Numbered from the whole stretch's first letter, positions 22,048 to 33,240 are shown. The stretch: DNA of 63,949 nt, filler included, from Barthelona sp. PAP020 (GCA_040182905.1; 6 parts of 6 records of this genome joined end to end with filler, not necessarily neighbours in it), one strand, 5' to 3'. Notes: generated by a model not told the origin, from the letters alone. Translations and numbers: made by a program.

Positions 22048-22147
22048 NNNNNNNNNNNNNNNNNNNNNNNNNNNNNNNNNNNNNNNNNNNNTTAATTAAT
22101 TAANNNNNNNNNNNNNNNNNNNNNNNNNNNNNNNNNNNNNNNNNNNN
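22048..22147. other. Artificial contig spacer
   Basis: N44-TTAATTAATTAA-N44. Confidence 0.98.
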
Positions 22148-22149
22148 AA

Positions 22150-22389
22150 AATGAAGGTCCTGCTTGTTACTTATTGAAAGAAAGGAAAGGTTGTGTCAAA
22201 TGTGTTGATACTGGTTTGCCTTTTGGTGATCCGGGTTTTACAAAAACAAAGAACTATAGATTTTTGCCTCAAATGAAATTAGCTAGAAGATATTATCCTC
22301 ACAAACATAATTTACATGGTTTCTTTGTTTGTAAATTTGTCAAAACAAGAAAATACAGTGCTCCAAAGAACGAAGTAGTGGAACAATAA
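22150..22389 (+). CDS. NOP2: NOP2/NSUN1 rRNA m5C methyltransferase, 3' fragment
   Basis: NE...DTGLPFGDPGF...RF.P.MKLARRYYPHKHNLHGFFVCKF matches NOP2 TGL.FG.EGF...RRFYPH.HNMDGFF.AKF; truncated by the contig start. Confidence 0.88.
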   Translation, partial: NEGPACYLLKERKGCVKCVDTGLPFGDPGFTKTKNYRFLPQMKLARRYYPHKHNLHGFFVCKFVKTRKYSAPKNEVVEQ

Positions 22390-22629
22390 ATGCGATTTAT
22401 CAATAAATATTTAGTTTGTTTGCTTTTACTATTTACAATGTCATCATGTTGATGATCATTTTGAAACAACAAGTTTTATAAGTATATGTATGATTCCATT
22501 TCATTTTCTTTGTCCATGATTTTGAAAACTTGAAGAGAATCAAATCTATGAAATATTTGCAAAATGTTAAATCTTGCAAATCTCTCCAAGAAAGAGCGTT
22601 TTCAATAATTTTATTTTTCTGTTTTTTGA

Positions 22630-23496
22630 ATGTTGGATAATTCTTACACGAATTTAGATACTGGTGTTATCGAAAAGAGAAGTGATGGTTTTTTCAAAGA
22701 AGCAGTCAAAATTATTTCTTTTTTGGTTTTGTTTTTGATGGTATGTTTAGTTCTTTTAAATCAATATAAATTACTTTCAAATGTTCAAAACCTTAAGCAA
22801 AGTGCTGCTCCCTATCCTGAACCTGACCCAATTACAGGCTTTATCCCCATTTATGATTATTCCCAAATTGTTCCTGGTGAAAAGTACAATTTAACTCGTC
22901 CAAGTCTTGTTGGGGAAGAAAATATTTTTAAGGGTAAGAAAATTGGTTTGGTTATGAGCCATGGTGCTGAAGATGTTGAAATTATTGTTCCTGCAGCTTA
23001 TTTTAAGGAAAGAGGAGCTGATGTTAAGGTTGTTGCCCCTTCATGGAATGGTCCTTATGTTATGGGAGCTGATTTTGTGAAGGCTGATTGGATGATTCCT
23101 CGTGATATGAATTGTTATGAAGCCAAACAGATTGATTGGGATGCTCTTCTATATATTGGTGGGATGCCAAGTGCTGGAGTTTTAAAAGTCGATGGTGATT
23201 GTAGTTCTCTTTTCAAACAACAAGTTGAATCTGGAAGATCAGCAAATCCTATTTGCGCTGCCAACGAAATTTTGATTCCATCTGGATATGTTAATGGACG
23301 TAAGGTTACAGGACCTATTACAAGTAAAGATAATCTTGAAAAGGCTGGTGGTATTTATGTTGATCCTGTGGAAACTGGTATTGTTGTCAATGATGATTTT
23401 CCTAACTTAATTTCTTGTAAGGATCCACATGATTCAAACACTGGATCAAATATGTACAATTGGCTCGTTGCAATCAAGAATTTTATTCTTAAATGA
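22630..23496 (+). CDS. DJ-1/PfpI-family protein with N-terminal transmembrane anchor
   Basis: KGKKIGLV...GAEDVE (conserved Glu), DALLYIGG, PICAA (nucleophile-elbow Cys), GRKVT, LEKAGG.YVD; hydrophobic helix at about aa 27-43. Confidence 0.82.
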   Translation: MLDNSYTNLDTGVIEKRSDGFFKEAVKIISFLVLFLMVCLVLLNQYKLLSNVQNLKQSAAPYPEPDPITGFIPIYDYSQIVPGEKYNLTRPSLVGEENIFKGKKIGLVMSHGAEDVEIIVPAAYFKERGADVKVVAPSWNGPYVMGADFVKADWMIPRDMNCYEAKQIDWDALLYIGGMPSAGVLKVDGDCSSLFKQQVESGRSANPICAANEILIPSGYVNGRKVTGPITSKDNLEKAGGIYVDPVETGIVVNDDFPNLISCKDPHDSNTGSNMYNWLVAIKNFILK

Positions 23497-23636
23497 TTCT
23501 TTTATTTGTGAGTTTGTTGTTGCTACCGTAAAATGTTAATTATTTGTTGATTATTTTTATTTTTTTCAATTTTTATATACTTTCACATTGGGGATTACAA
23601 TTTTGTAAAAATCACCACTTCCAAAAGTATTAGAAA

Positions 23637-23950
23637 ATTATTTCCAAGCCAAGAGGTTCTGTGTGTTGAGTGAATAAAAAGAATAGTGCTTATTTGGTTA
23701 AAGGCTTTCGAGGCCCGATTGATCTTTGGAAAAACTTTGGATTTTCCAAGGCAAAGTTTAAACTTTATAATTTTGCTTTTGTAAAAATACAAAAAAAATA
23801 AAGGGAATGGAAAATATTTCCAAAATTTACATGCATGATGACCAAGATTCAATTGCAGCCACTTATTTTTTGCGGCTAAGATTTGCTGGCATGAGTTTTC
23901 TCTGGTATCTTTTTCTTTGTGAATAAATACAGTTGTTTCACAACTGGACC
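23637..23950 (+). repeat. Interspersed ~320-bp repeat, near full-length copy (candidate non-autonomous element)
   Basis: ATTATTTCCAAGCCAAG...ATTTGGTTAAAGGCTTTCGAGGCCCGATTGATCT...TGATGACCAAGATTCAATT...AGTTGTTTCACAACTGGACC shared with the other copies. Confidence 0.9.
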
Positions 23951-24059
23951 AAAACAAAAATTAAAAAAATAAAAGTAATTTACAAAAAATGGGAAATTCC
24001 ACAAAAAATTATTTTAAAAATACCAAAAATAATCATGAGAGAACAAATAATTCTTTCAA

Positions 24060-25127
24060 CTAAGATATTTCAGCATGTTCTGTTTCTTCAAATTGGGAAT
24101 TGTTATTTTCATCAAGAGGTAAATATTGATATGGACTTGTATCATTCTTGGTGCCATTGCTATTCTCTGAAAAAGTGGTTTCTTCATAGACTTCTTCTTC
24201 ATTATCAGATTCATAATCCGATTGAATATTTTCAGAAGAAATCTTTTCATTTCTGTTGACTTGGTTTTTGGTTCCTTTTGGTTGTGAAACTTGGTTCACC
24301 AATTCAGTAAAATTAGTCAATGTTGGTGTTTTTTCATCAAATGAAGCATTATCACTGTTATCATTGCTATCACCGAAACTATTATCATCTTTTTCTTTGT
24401 ACATTTCATCACTTTCGTTATCATTCACAACAGATGAGTTAAACCATCGTGATAAATCAAAATCTAAATCATATTCTTTAATAATATGTAAAAATGCTCT
24501 TTTTTTACCTATAACTGAAACATTAATTGAATTTTTAAATGCATCATCCATTAAATCAATAAGTTGTTCATCTTTAAATAATGAATTCTTGACAATACGG
24601 CTCATCAACGCATTCTTCAGATGAGTTCCAGTATTCAACTCTCCAAAATCTGTTTCTGCCTGCTCATAACAAATCGAATTGCTGGGACTGTTGGTTTGAG
24701 AATTAAATTCATTCTTAATTTCTTCAGCCATATGATTTGTATTGTAGAACTCATTTGAACTCGATGTCATTTGTCTTCTTGAAGTGCTTCGAGGAGGATT
24801 CTTTCTTTTCTGATTGAAAGTATTTTTGTGCTTGATTTGTACAGGATATGCTTTTGAATCATAAATGTTTTTTTTACGTTCAGCCATAGTTTTTGGTTGA
24901 GTGATTCTTTGATTCAGTAACTTCAACCTTTTCTCATGTTCGATTTCTTCGTATGTTTTTCTTTTGTTTCTTACATTATTACTTCCTCGAGATGAACTTT
25001 TCTTATTCGAATCTGCAAAAGAAATGTTACTTTTTGCATTGTGAATTGCCTTTTTGTGAAAAGTTAAATGATCTGACAATAAATATTGTCCTCCAATATT
25101 ATTCATGTCAGGAGTGAATGGAGTCAT
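24060..25127 (-). CDS. SPATA7/HSD3-like ciliary protein (tentative)
   Basis: GGQYLLSDHLTFHKKAIHNAKSNI resembles SPATA7 Q..IKNHM..HY.KI.SAKA.V; RIV...LF.DE.L..L resembles the second conserved block. ATG 25127. Confidence 0.55.
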   Translation of the reverse strand: MTPFTPDMNNIGGQYLLSDHLTFHKKAIHNAKSNISFADSNKKSSSRGSNNVRNKRKTYEEIEHEKRLKLLNQRITQPKTMAERKKNIYDSKAYPVQIKHKNTFNQKRKNPPRSTSRRQMTSSSNEFYNTNHMAEEIKNEFNSQTNSPSNSICYEQAETDFGELNTGTHLKNALMSRIVKNSLFKDEQLIDLMDDAFKNSINVSVIGKKRAFLHIIKEYDLDFDLSRWFNSSVVNDNESDEMYKEKDDNSFGDSNDNSDNASFDEKTPTLTNFTELVNQVSQPKGTKNQVNRNEKISSENIQSDYESDNEEEVYEETTFSENSNGTKNDTSPYQYLPLDENNNSQFEETEHAEIS

Positions 25128-25294
25128 CACCAAAGGTATTGAAATTAATAAAACCAAAATATATCTTTTGAATTTTTCTTTGAGTTTCACTTCATATTCA
25201 TTTAAAAAACATTCATAGGATAAATTTAATAAATAACAGACATCTTAAAATAATAATAAGCTTCAGTTTTCCTTTTTCATAACATTTTTGATGA

Positions 25295-26527
25295 ATGTTT
25301 AAAAAATCAGATCATTTTAAAAATTCGACTCTAAAATTAATATTATTTTTACTCTTAGGTGTTTTTTTTACTTTTTTGGTATTTTATTCTTGGTTACCTC
25401 AAAATATCAACATCTTATTGAAAAACGAAGTAGAAATACCAGAATATTGGCGAAATGATTCATATTTGCGAACTGATAGAAATTTCAACATTAATATTTG
25501 TCGAGATATATTTTTGCAAACAGAATTAGTTGGAGTTCACAGAAACAATATACTTCCACGGCATTTACCTAGTTGTTTACATTCCACAGATACGATTTTA
25601 CCTTTTTATAATGAAATTCGTGATCGTATTGATCCAAAAAAAAATCCTAGTCTTAAACCTATTGATGTTATTGGGTTTCCTACTATCATTAATCCATATT
25701 TTATTGAAAGAGCTGTATATTCTATTGATTATCCTGTTAGAAAGATCTTTATAGCATGGAATGCTGATTTTCCCAGAATTCGGTGTGCCATTAAAAGAAT
25801 AAAAGCAAATTTAGGTGATTTGGTTGAAATTGTTAACTATCCGGGGAATTTGGGTGTTTCTGGGGCTTGGAATGAGATTGCCATGGCAAACACAACTGCA
25901 GAATACTTTTTAATTTGTAATGATGATATTAAGTTTATGCCTGGTACACTAGAATCAATTGTTTATGAATTAGATCTTATTCGGGACAATTCCGGAAAAT
26001 TACCTTCTAGAATATTTGGATCTGTTGCTCAAAATGAAAACCATCCAATGTGGGAGGCATTTTTGATAACGAAATCTGCTTTTCAAACATTGGGTTCATT
26101 TGATGAAAATTATTTTCCAATGTACTGTGAAGACACTGATTATCAGTTAAGAAGTGCAAAAAGAAATGTTTCTTGTGAGCAACTGTTAGGTTTTAGGATA
26201 CATCATGGATGGGAGTCTTCTAGATCTTATAAATCTGGTACGAGATTTAATTCTAAAGGGTATTTAACAAATGACTTGTCTAAAATAATTGAACGAAGTC
26301 TACCAATGCAAAATTACTTTAAAATCAAATGGGGAAGACATGGAAATGATGAAGACAATCCCAGCCCTTTTGAATATGAAACCCCATATAACCTTGCAAA
26401 TGGGCATTTGAATGATTGGATTTGGCGATACAATTACCAATATTATGTTAGAACTGGATTGCAAAGGCCATCTACCGTTGATTTCAATGATCACTTGATG
26501 ATAACTGTTGATAAAGATAAATTATAA
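25295..26527 (+). CDS. GT2/GT-A fold glycosyltransferase, type II membrane protein
   Basis: N-terminal TM helix; SIDYPV, NLGVSGAWN, LICNDD (DxD-like), GSFDENYFPMYCEDTDY..R. Confidence 0.82.
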   Translation: MFKKSDHFKNSTLKLILFLLLGVFFTFLVFYSWLPQNINILLKNEVEIPEYWRNDSYLRTDRNFNINICRDIFLQTELVGVHRNNILPRHLPSCLHSTDTILPFYNEIRDRIDPKKNPSLKPIDVIGFPTIINPYFIERAVYSIDYPVRKIFIAWNADFPRIRCAIKRIKANLGDLVEIVNYPGNLGVSGAWNEIAMANTTAEYFLICNDDIKFMPGTLESIVYELDLIRDNSGKLPSRIFGSVAQNENHPMWEAFLITKSAFQTLGSFDENYFPMYCEDTDYQLRSAKRNVSCEQLLGFRIHHGWESSRSYKSGTRFNSKGYLTNDLSKIIERSLPMQNYFKIKWGRHGNDEDNPSPFEYETPYNLANGHLNDWIWRYNYQYYVRTGLQRPSTVDFNDHLMITVDKDKL

Positions 26528-26765
26528 TTACTCTTTTTTTTTACATTATCAAAAGAAGTAGAACACATCTTTAATCTCAGCACTTTGACTGGAAAAACAA
26601 CTTATTGGACCAACTTACGAGGAGAAACAGATGGACGTTTGAAGGACACATAGATACAACCTTTATCAAAGCAAAGACAGCACCTTAAAAAAAAGTATCA
26701 AGTTGCAACATTTACATTAGAACAGATGGCCATTATTTATTTGATTTTTTGATAACAAACAAAAC

Positions 26766-27386
26766 TTATCGAGATTGTAAGGTTTGGACAGTGTGATTCT
26801 TTTCAATCTCTAAAATTTGATTTAAAGCAGCACTGACATGAAATCGAAGCATATGTAATTTCTCAGAAGATAAAGTCATGGAGATGATCTTTCCATTTGA
26901 TAAAATAATGTCTAGCATTACAATCGGCTTAAGAACTCTGGCAACAGCTTGATTTGACAAGATCACTGAAACACGCCATGAAACATCCCTAACTCTTGGA
27001 TTTTCCAAAAAAGAATCTGTGTTCGCTTCTAAAGAAGGAATAATATACTTGTGTTCAGCATACAAAATTCTTTGTAAAACTTGAATATGCTCTTTTTTCA
27101 ATTGAATTGAAGTAAAACCATCAATACAAGTTTCTAATCTTGTTTGATATGAAATTAGGTTTCGAACAATCAATATCAATTGAGTTAAAATTTCTTGAAT
27201 TTTTAATTTTGTCATATTTGATTTGTTTGAAAGTAAATCTATATCATTTTGAACAGATTTCGTTCCGATGCACACTGCTTTCAAGGCAATGTTCACTAAT
27301 TTGGAAAATTGTTTTGTTGAAAAATCATTTAAATCTCTAATTACCCATTGAGGTGGAGTGTATCGTCCCAAAAATGAATTTTGCAT
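26766..27386 (-). CDS. COMMD5: COMM-domain protein, COMMD5-like
   Basis: SFLG...P at the N-terminus; COMM domain PRV.DVSWRV.V.LS...ARVLKP.V...LSNG...LH.LRF.V..AL. ATG 27386. Confidence 0.85.
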   Translation of the reverse strand: MQNSFLGRYTPPQWVIRDLNDFSTKQFSKLVNIALKAVCIGTKSVQNDIDLLSNKSNMTKLKIQEILTQLILIVRNLISYQTRLETCIDGFTSIQLKKEHIQVLQRILYAEHKYIIPSLEANTDSFLENPRVRDVSWRVSVILSNQAVARVLKPIVMLDIILSNGKIISMTLSSEKLHMLRFHVSAALNQILEIEKNHTVQTLQSR

Positions 27387-27469
27387 TTTGGTCTGCAATA
27401 AACTGGAAAAAGAAAATTGTGTCAAAATCAGTTTGTTTCATTTGTTTGAATGGTTGAATTATTTTTTAA

Positions 27470-27985
27470 ATGCAGAATAATCATTGTTGGGATGACCTAT
27501 ATCCAAATGAATTGAATTCAGTAGTTGACGATAAGTGTGATGATTTTACTTTTGATCCAAATTCTTTGATACGAAAGAATCAAATTGAATTTATGGATTT
27601 TGTTTGTCCCATATGTTTGGAAGTTAAATCTAATCCTCAAAAATGTCCTTATTGTTTTGTTCCAATTTGTTCTTTTTGTTTTCATTTATCTTGTCAATTA
27701 GCACAAGATAGTGCTTATGATTTTTATCCTTGTGATTGTTATAATATTACAATAGATCCTTTTCAAAAAAAACTACCAAATGCTTTGCAAAATGTTCCAC
27801 CGGTTTTAAAGCATTTGGCAGAAAATTCACGTGTGGTTTGCAAGTATTGTAATAAAAAAATGTCTTTGAAAATGTTGATTCAACATGAAAGACATTGTTT
27901 AGAAAGACCACTTCTTTGTAAAAATTGTCGGCATCAATGTGCTCAATCTGAGATGTTAACACACATGAAAGATATTCATCCTTAA
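27470..27985 (+). CDS. RING-like plus TRAF-type zinc-finger protein
   Basis: CPIC...C..C...C..C, then CKYC...HERHC and CKNC...H...H zinc-finger motifs. Confidence 0.7.
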   Translation: MQNNHCWDDLYPNELNSVVDDKCDDFTFDPNSLIRKNQIEFMDFVCPICLEVKSNPQKCPYCFVPICSFCFHLSCQLAQDSAYDFYPCDCYNITIDPFQKKLPNALQNVPPVLKHLAENSRVVCKYCNKKMSLKMLIQHERHCLERPLLCKNCRHQCAQSEMLTHMKDIHP

Positions 27986-28311
27986 AATTCAATAAATTGA
28001 TTCTGTTACTTTCAATTGTTCTCAGCAATAATTTTGAAAATTGTGGCCAACAAAAATTTTACTGATGATTCTGTGTTGACATTGAATTATTTTATTAAAA
28101 AAAAGAGAACAAACAATGAAAGACAAAATTGAGATTATATGTCTCTTAAATTTCTTTTACTTTGTTTTTTATGTGTTGGAGTCTTTTACACTTTGATGGA
28201 TTCATTTGATGAAAGCCAATTCCATAGAATTTGTGAAAATTTTACAGTTAAAATTTTTTGAGAAGTAAGAATGTTGACTTCTACATATATAAAAAACTTA
28301 TTATGTATTAA

Positions 28312-29214
28312 ATGAATAATAATTCAATAGAAGTTAACATATTAAAATACTTTCATCCAGTTGGAAATGTTCCAACCGAATTAAGTTGTTCCCATTGTGG
28401 CAATTTATTAATTATTCCAATATTTTTAAGTCCATGTGGGTGCTCTTTTTGTTTGAATTGTTTTTATAATTTAGAAGATAAAACCAAATGTCCATTTTGT
28501 AATGAAAATGTGAAAATTTTTTGTCGAGCTCCAATAGCTGTTGTTGAATTGATTCAACAAATTATTGTTAGATGTACATTTTGCTTGGAAGAGTTACCTT
28601 ATCAAAATTTTTATCATCATATTATCCATTGTGACAGTTTAAAAGCTCAATTATTTGTAAAACGCAATCATATTTGTATTAAATCTCCATTTAATAAGGT
28701 TTATAAATTGGAAAAATTTGATCAACCAAATTTTCTTCAATCTGCTTCACAAAAAAATTTTAATCCTGAAGCTTTAATTTTAAAAGATTCTTTGTCACCA
28801 AACCTTAAAAATGTTAGAACTTTTTGTTGGAAAATTCCTTTCATTAATGAATTATTAAAGGCATCAAATGAATTTATCAGGTCTCCTTCAATTATGAGCG
28901 ATATAAATGCTCTTTATGTCAAACTTTATTTTCCAAATGAAAACAGCGAATTTTTTAGAATGAAAATTTGTGATGAAGTCAATTCAAAAGAAATAGAGTT
29001 CATCATACTATTTTCTGCAGTCATTTTGTTGAATAGAATAGAAATAGGACAAATTAAAATGAAATTTTCAAACCAAAAAGCTTCAAAGAGTGTTCCATTT
29101 TTTCGTTGTGATAGAGAAGGGTTGAATAATTCTTTAAAGGTTGATTTTGTTGTGAAAATGGTCTTTGATATTGTAAAGATTAGAAAGTTGACCTCTAATC
29201 AACTTTGTGATTAA
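28312..29214 (+). CDS. TRAF-like protein (RING, TRAF Zn finger, probable MATH-like domain)
   Basis: CSHC...PCGCSFCLNC...CPFC, CTFC...HIIHC, then FCWKIP.I....IRSP typical of a MATH N-terminus. Confidence 0.7.
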   Translation: MNNNSIEVNILKYFHPVGNVPTELSCSHCGNLLIIPIFLSPCGCSFCLNCFYNLEDKTKCPFCNENVKIFCRAPIAVVELIQQIIVRCTFCLEELPYQNFYHHIIHCDSLKAQLFVKRNHICIKSPFNKVYKLEKFDQPNFLQSASQKNFNPEALILKDSLSPNLKNVRTFCWKIPFINELLKASNEFIRSPSIMSDINALYVKLYFPNENSEFFRMKICDEVNSKEIEFIILFSAVILLNRIEIGQIKMKFSNQKASKSVPFFRCDREGLNNSLKVDFVVKMVFDIVKIRKLTSNQLCD

Positions 29215-29379
29215 ATTGGATAAAATATTTTTCATTGTTTTTTCATCAAAAATAATTTTTGATGCTGTCTTTCAATCCCACAATGGTGCTTAACAACCAA
29301 AAATTGCCACCGTAATCAGTTTTTTTTTACTCTTTGGAATACAAAAAAGAAACAAGAAAAATTTAACAATTTACAAATA

Positions 29380-30420
29380 TCAATCATCACCAATAGAATT
29401 TACCTTGTTTCCATCCAAAAGAGCCCTTTGATGAAGTTTTGTTTCATTTTTTGAAATGGGAAAAGGTATTGGTTTCACAGCCCTAGAAAACCTTCCTGGA
29501 TTTTGAGTATTGTATGACCTTAAAGTTGCTTTAAATTCATCTGAAACTTCAAGATCTTCTGATTCATTTTCAGTAAGATTATCACGATTCGTTAAAGCAG
29601 CAGTTCGTGGTGTAACACTTTGAGCCGGCTTAAAATTACTTGCTTCTTGCATTATTGGAGAAACACTCATATTTAAATCAAATTCTTGAACACTGTTGTT
29701 ATTTTCTTCATCATTTTCGGGGATTGTTGTGCTGTCATCTGAAAGATTTGATTTAACAAAGGCTTCACCATAGGGTGATTGATTAGCTTCTAATTTACCA
29801 ATTCGGTTTGATAAATTGGTGAAATTTTTTCGAATAATTGCTAATTCTGATAAAATCTCTAAAGATGTCATTTTATCATTATGAGTAAGGGTTGTTAACA
29901 TTTGTTCAAGAGTAACTACACGTTGTTGCAAAACTTCTACAGATTCATTTATTCTTTCATTCACACCATCCGCATAATCGGCAACTTCAACTGCTTTTTT
30001 CACTTGTTGAGCTGATTTTTCAAGCAACAGTACAACATCTAACTCAATTCGAGATTCTAATGCAGCAATACGTCTATCAAAAGATTTCAATCTGTCATTT
30101 GAATGAGGTAATACCTTAATAGCTTTTTCATTAGTAACAGCTGATAAATTTTTGTTTTCAAGAGCTAACACACGCATTAAAACATCTTTAACATCATTTT
30201 CAATGGTTTGAATTCCTTGTTTCAAATCAAACTGTTCTTCATGAATTGTCTGGAAATCATTTTGTATTTCATTCAAATGATGATTAAAATCAGATAAGCG
30301 ACCTTTTGAATTGGGGTGTATTGAATTATTTCCTCTATTAATATTCGGCGAAATATTGTAAGAACTGACTAAAGGTGAATTTTTTAATAAAGTATCAAGA
30401 AAACGTTGCTTATTTCCCAT
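29380..30420 (-). CDS. Coiled-coil hypothetical protein
   Basis: 346-aa ATG ORF with repeated R-V/I-x-x-L-E heptads. Confidence 0.65.
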   Translation of the reverse strand: MGNKQRFLDTLLKNSPLVSSYNISPNINRGNNSIHPNSKGRLSDFNHHLNEIQNDFQTIHEEQFDLKQGIQTIENDVKDVLMRVLALENKNLSAVTNEKAIKVLPHSNDRLKSFDRRIAALESRIELDVVLLLEKSAQQVKKAVEVADYADGVNERINESVEVLQQRVVTLEQMLTTLTHNDKMTSLEILSELAIIRKNFTNLSNRIGKLEANQSPYGEAFVKSNLSDDSTTIPENDEENNNSVQEFDLNMSVSPIMQEASNFKPAQSVTPRTAALTNRDNLTENESEDLEVSDEFKATLRSYNTQNPGRFSRAVKPIPFPISKNETKLHQRALLDGNKVNSIGDD

Positions 30421-31061
30421 TTTTTTTCGTTAATAACATTTTGATAGAAAAAAAAATTCTTTATTCTTTGGGAATGTTTTGATCAACTTCTAATCTTTGA
30501 CATCCATATCAAACCAAATAAGAATTTTTCTTCAATTGAAAATTTTTACCAAAGAAGTGATTTGCTGTTGATTTTGATAATTGTTGTTTGTTATTTTCAA
30601 ATATCATTAAATTATGGAATTTTTATGCCTTTTTATGTTTCTTTTTAACTGTTTTTGAAAAAAATGAATTGTAATTTTGTACTTTATAAATTAGACAATA
30701 GTTTTACTAATAAAATGTGGTTAAAAGAATTTATTTTTAATAAAAGAGTGGTTTTTATGAAAAATCTCCATTTGAAACATTAAATTTTTGATCTGGCAAA
30801 AAAATTATTGGGTGCTCATTTTTTTGAAAAAATTTTTATTTTTTAATTGAGCAGTTTTATTGAAAAGACATTGCTGACATAAAAACCATTCATTTAACTT
30901 GTTGGTACAGGTTTTTAAGATATCCTTACAATTCTGCTTCTTTTTTTCAATATGGCTGTGTTTTGAATATTTTAGTTATTCATGTCAACTATTGGAAGTA
31001 AATTTGGTTTTTTTTTTTTTTTGAAGCGGAATTTCAGACAATCGATATTTTTTTGTGTTGG

Positions 31062-33041
31062 ATGAAAGCCAAAATTCTGCAACCTATATGGCAGTCCAAA
31101 TGTTTTCGATCGTTTCACAAAAGAGATATTGAATCTTTGATGAGTGGAAAATCATTCAAAAATTTTTATGATGATGATTTGTTGATGAACAGTTCAGTTG
31201 ATCAATCTTCAATTGTAAAATCGGTCGATCTCGAGCAAAAAGCAATTCAATGTAAAAGGAAAGGCAATTATGTTCAGTATTGTCGAACCATTTGTGAATT
31301 GCTGGACCTTAAAGTTGGCATGAATGAAGATAATAAAATAATTGGAAAGCTTCAATCAGATTTGGTCATGTCTTTATGCTGTTTGGCTCTTGATTGTATT
31401 GAGAAAAAGGATTATGAACAATCAGAACATTTGTTATTGATTGGGTTAACTCTTACAAATAAAAAAGCGACTGATTTTGATGGAAGATCAAGATGCAGAT
31501 TGTGTGTATTGAATGTAATGGCAAGTTTATATCATACAACAGGGCAATTAGACAAACGATTGGATATTTGCTCCAAAGCTGCCACTTTGGAAAGGTCTAT
31601 TGCAAAGCCAGAAACACCTGGTGTTTCTTATTTAAATTTATCTTACAGTTTATTCGAGTTTTCGGAATTTGAATCTGCAGATTCTTCAATAAAAACAGCT
31701 ATTGATGTTTATAGCGATTTATTGGATACTGCATTGATAATGAAAACAAATAATGAGAAGACAATTCAATTTTTTGCTGAATGTTTGATGGTTTCCTTTT
31801 ATAATGGAGCTTGTATCAAGTTTGCGATTGATTCTTCAAATATTTCTTCAACTATTATGTATTTAGCTGATGCTATTAATGTTGGATCACGAAGGTTAGG
31901 GAATAATAATAAGTTTGTCATTAAGATGAGGTATCAATATAAGGATGTTGCTAATCTATCTTTATTACCTTCAATTCCTTGTCCTAGAACTTTAGCTACA
32001 ACAAAATCTTCATTTAGAGGCATAAAGAAATTTCAAAGATTTCAATCTAAAACTCAAGCGTTACCAACACCATCTTTGTTGATGAATGAAAGTATGATGA
32101 TAGAACTTGTTGGTGAAAATGATAAAAATTCAAAAAGAGAACATTCGTTTAATTCCACAAGTGTGAAACCCAAAAACACTCCAAAAACTGGAAAGCCCTT
32201 AAGTACTCCAAATTATTATGATTATGATAAAATTCATTTTCACAGAAGAGCCATTTCAAAAGTTGACAGTGATAAAGTTTTTGATAAAGAAGAACTTGAG
32301 AACAGTGTTCAACATGATAAAAATGAGTACCTTGATAGAAGAAAAGGTAATTTTGAACATTTGAACAGTTTGTCAACTTTGAGCTCTTCAAAATATAGCA
32401 GCTCAAAGGTTTCGACCAAGCCTTCAGTTGATCTTCGGCGCAAACCAAGAATCCGTCCTTCCAGTGTTGAGAGTGACAGAAAATCAAGTTTACAAATGAA
32501 ACTTTCTGCTTCATCAAAAGGTATAAGTTCAAAAAGAAATTCAAATTTTGGTAAAAATCCTTATAGAACATCATCACAAGTTAAAAAATCTGAAAATATT
32601 GGGTTTTCATGTCAAACTGTTGAACAGTCTGAAATAAAACAAAGATCTTTAATCAAAGATCTTAAAAATAAGCCTATGCAACCCAAATATAATTCAATAA
32701 ATGTTGAAATATCTGAGTTTGATAAAGCTACTTCAGTGTGGAATGAAGAAAAATCAGTTTTTGAAGATATAAAACAATCCACTTTGAGAGATCAACAAAT
32801 AAAAAAAGAAGAATCGGAATATCGTCAAAGAATTGTTTTTGAACATGAAAAGAAATTAGTAATTCAAAATAGAGAAAGGCAGCGTCAAAAGAATGTTGAA
32901 GAGGCTGAGAAACTTGAAAATGAGCGTAAGGAAATGCAGCAGCAAAAAGAGCTTGAAGAAAAAAGGATAGAACTTGAAAATAGAGAAAGACAGCGTCAAA
33001 AGAATGTTGAAGAGGCTGAGAAACTTGAAAATGAGCGTAAG
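31062..33041 (+). CDS. TPR-like repeat protein with Ser/Lys-rich linker and repetitive charged coiled coil (3' truncated)
   Basis: TPR-like helices (LNVMASLY, SYLNLSYSL, SFYNGA); start is 31062 or 31140; runs into the contig end. Confidence 0.65.
32868..33041 (+). repeat. 111-bp (37-aa) coding tandem repeat
   Basis: NRERQRQKNVEEAEKLENERK recurs at a 37-aa period with near-identical DNA; probably caused the contig break. Confidence 0.85.
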
Positions 33042-33141
33042 NNNNNNNNNNNNNNNNNNNNNNNNNNNNNNNNNNNNNNNNNNNNTTAATTAATTAANNN
33101 NNNNNNNNNNNNNNNNNNNNNNNNNNNNNNNNNNNNNNNNN
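33042..33141. other. Artificial contig spacer
   Basis: N44-TTAATTAATTAA-N44. Confidence 0.98.
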
Positions 33142-33240
33142 AACAGATCAATCGGGCCTCGAAAGCCTTTAACCAAATAAACACTATTCTTTCTTATTCA
33201 CTCATACGCACAGTGCTTCTTGGCTTGGAAATAATTGGAC
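33142..33240 (-). repeat. Interspersed repeat, partial copy in reverse orientation at contig start
   Basis: AACAGATCAATCGGGCCTCGAAAGCCTTTAACCAAAT...TGGCTTGGAAATAAT is the reverse complement of the element's left part. Confidence 0.9.

Noticed and set aside
23850..23870. Hammerhead ribozyme or box C/D snoRNA in the repeat (conserved TGATGA)
   Set aside because: No CTGATGA-stem-GAAA arrangement on one strand and no conserved box D at a suitable distance.
23595..23957. 120-aa minus ORF (and 33293-33490) as a transposase remnant
   Set aside because: It is the repeat read in one frame; not kept open in other copies, non-ATG start, no transposase motifs.
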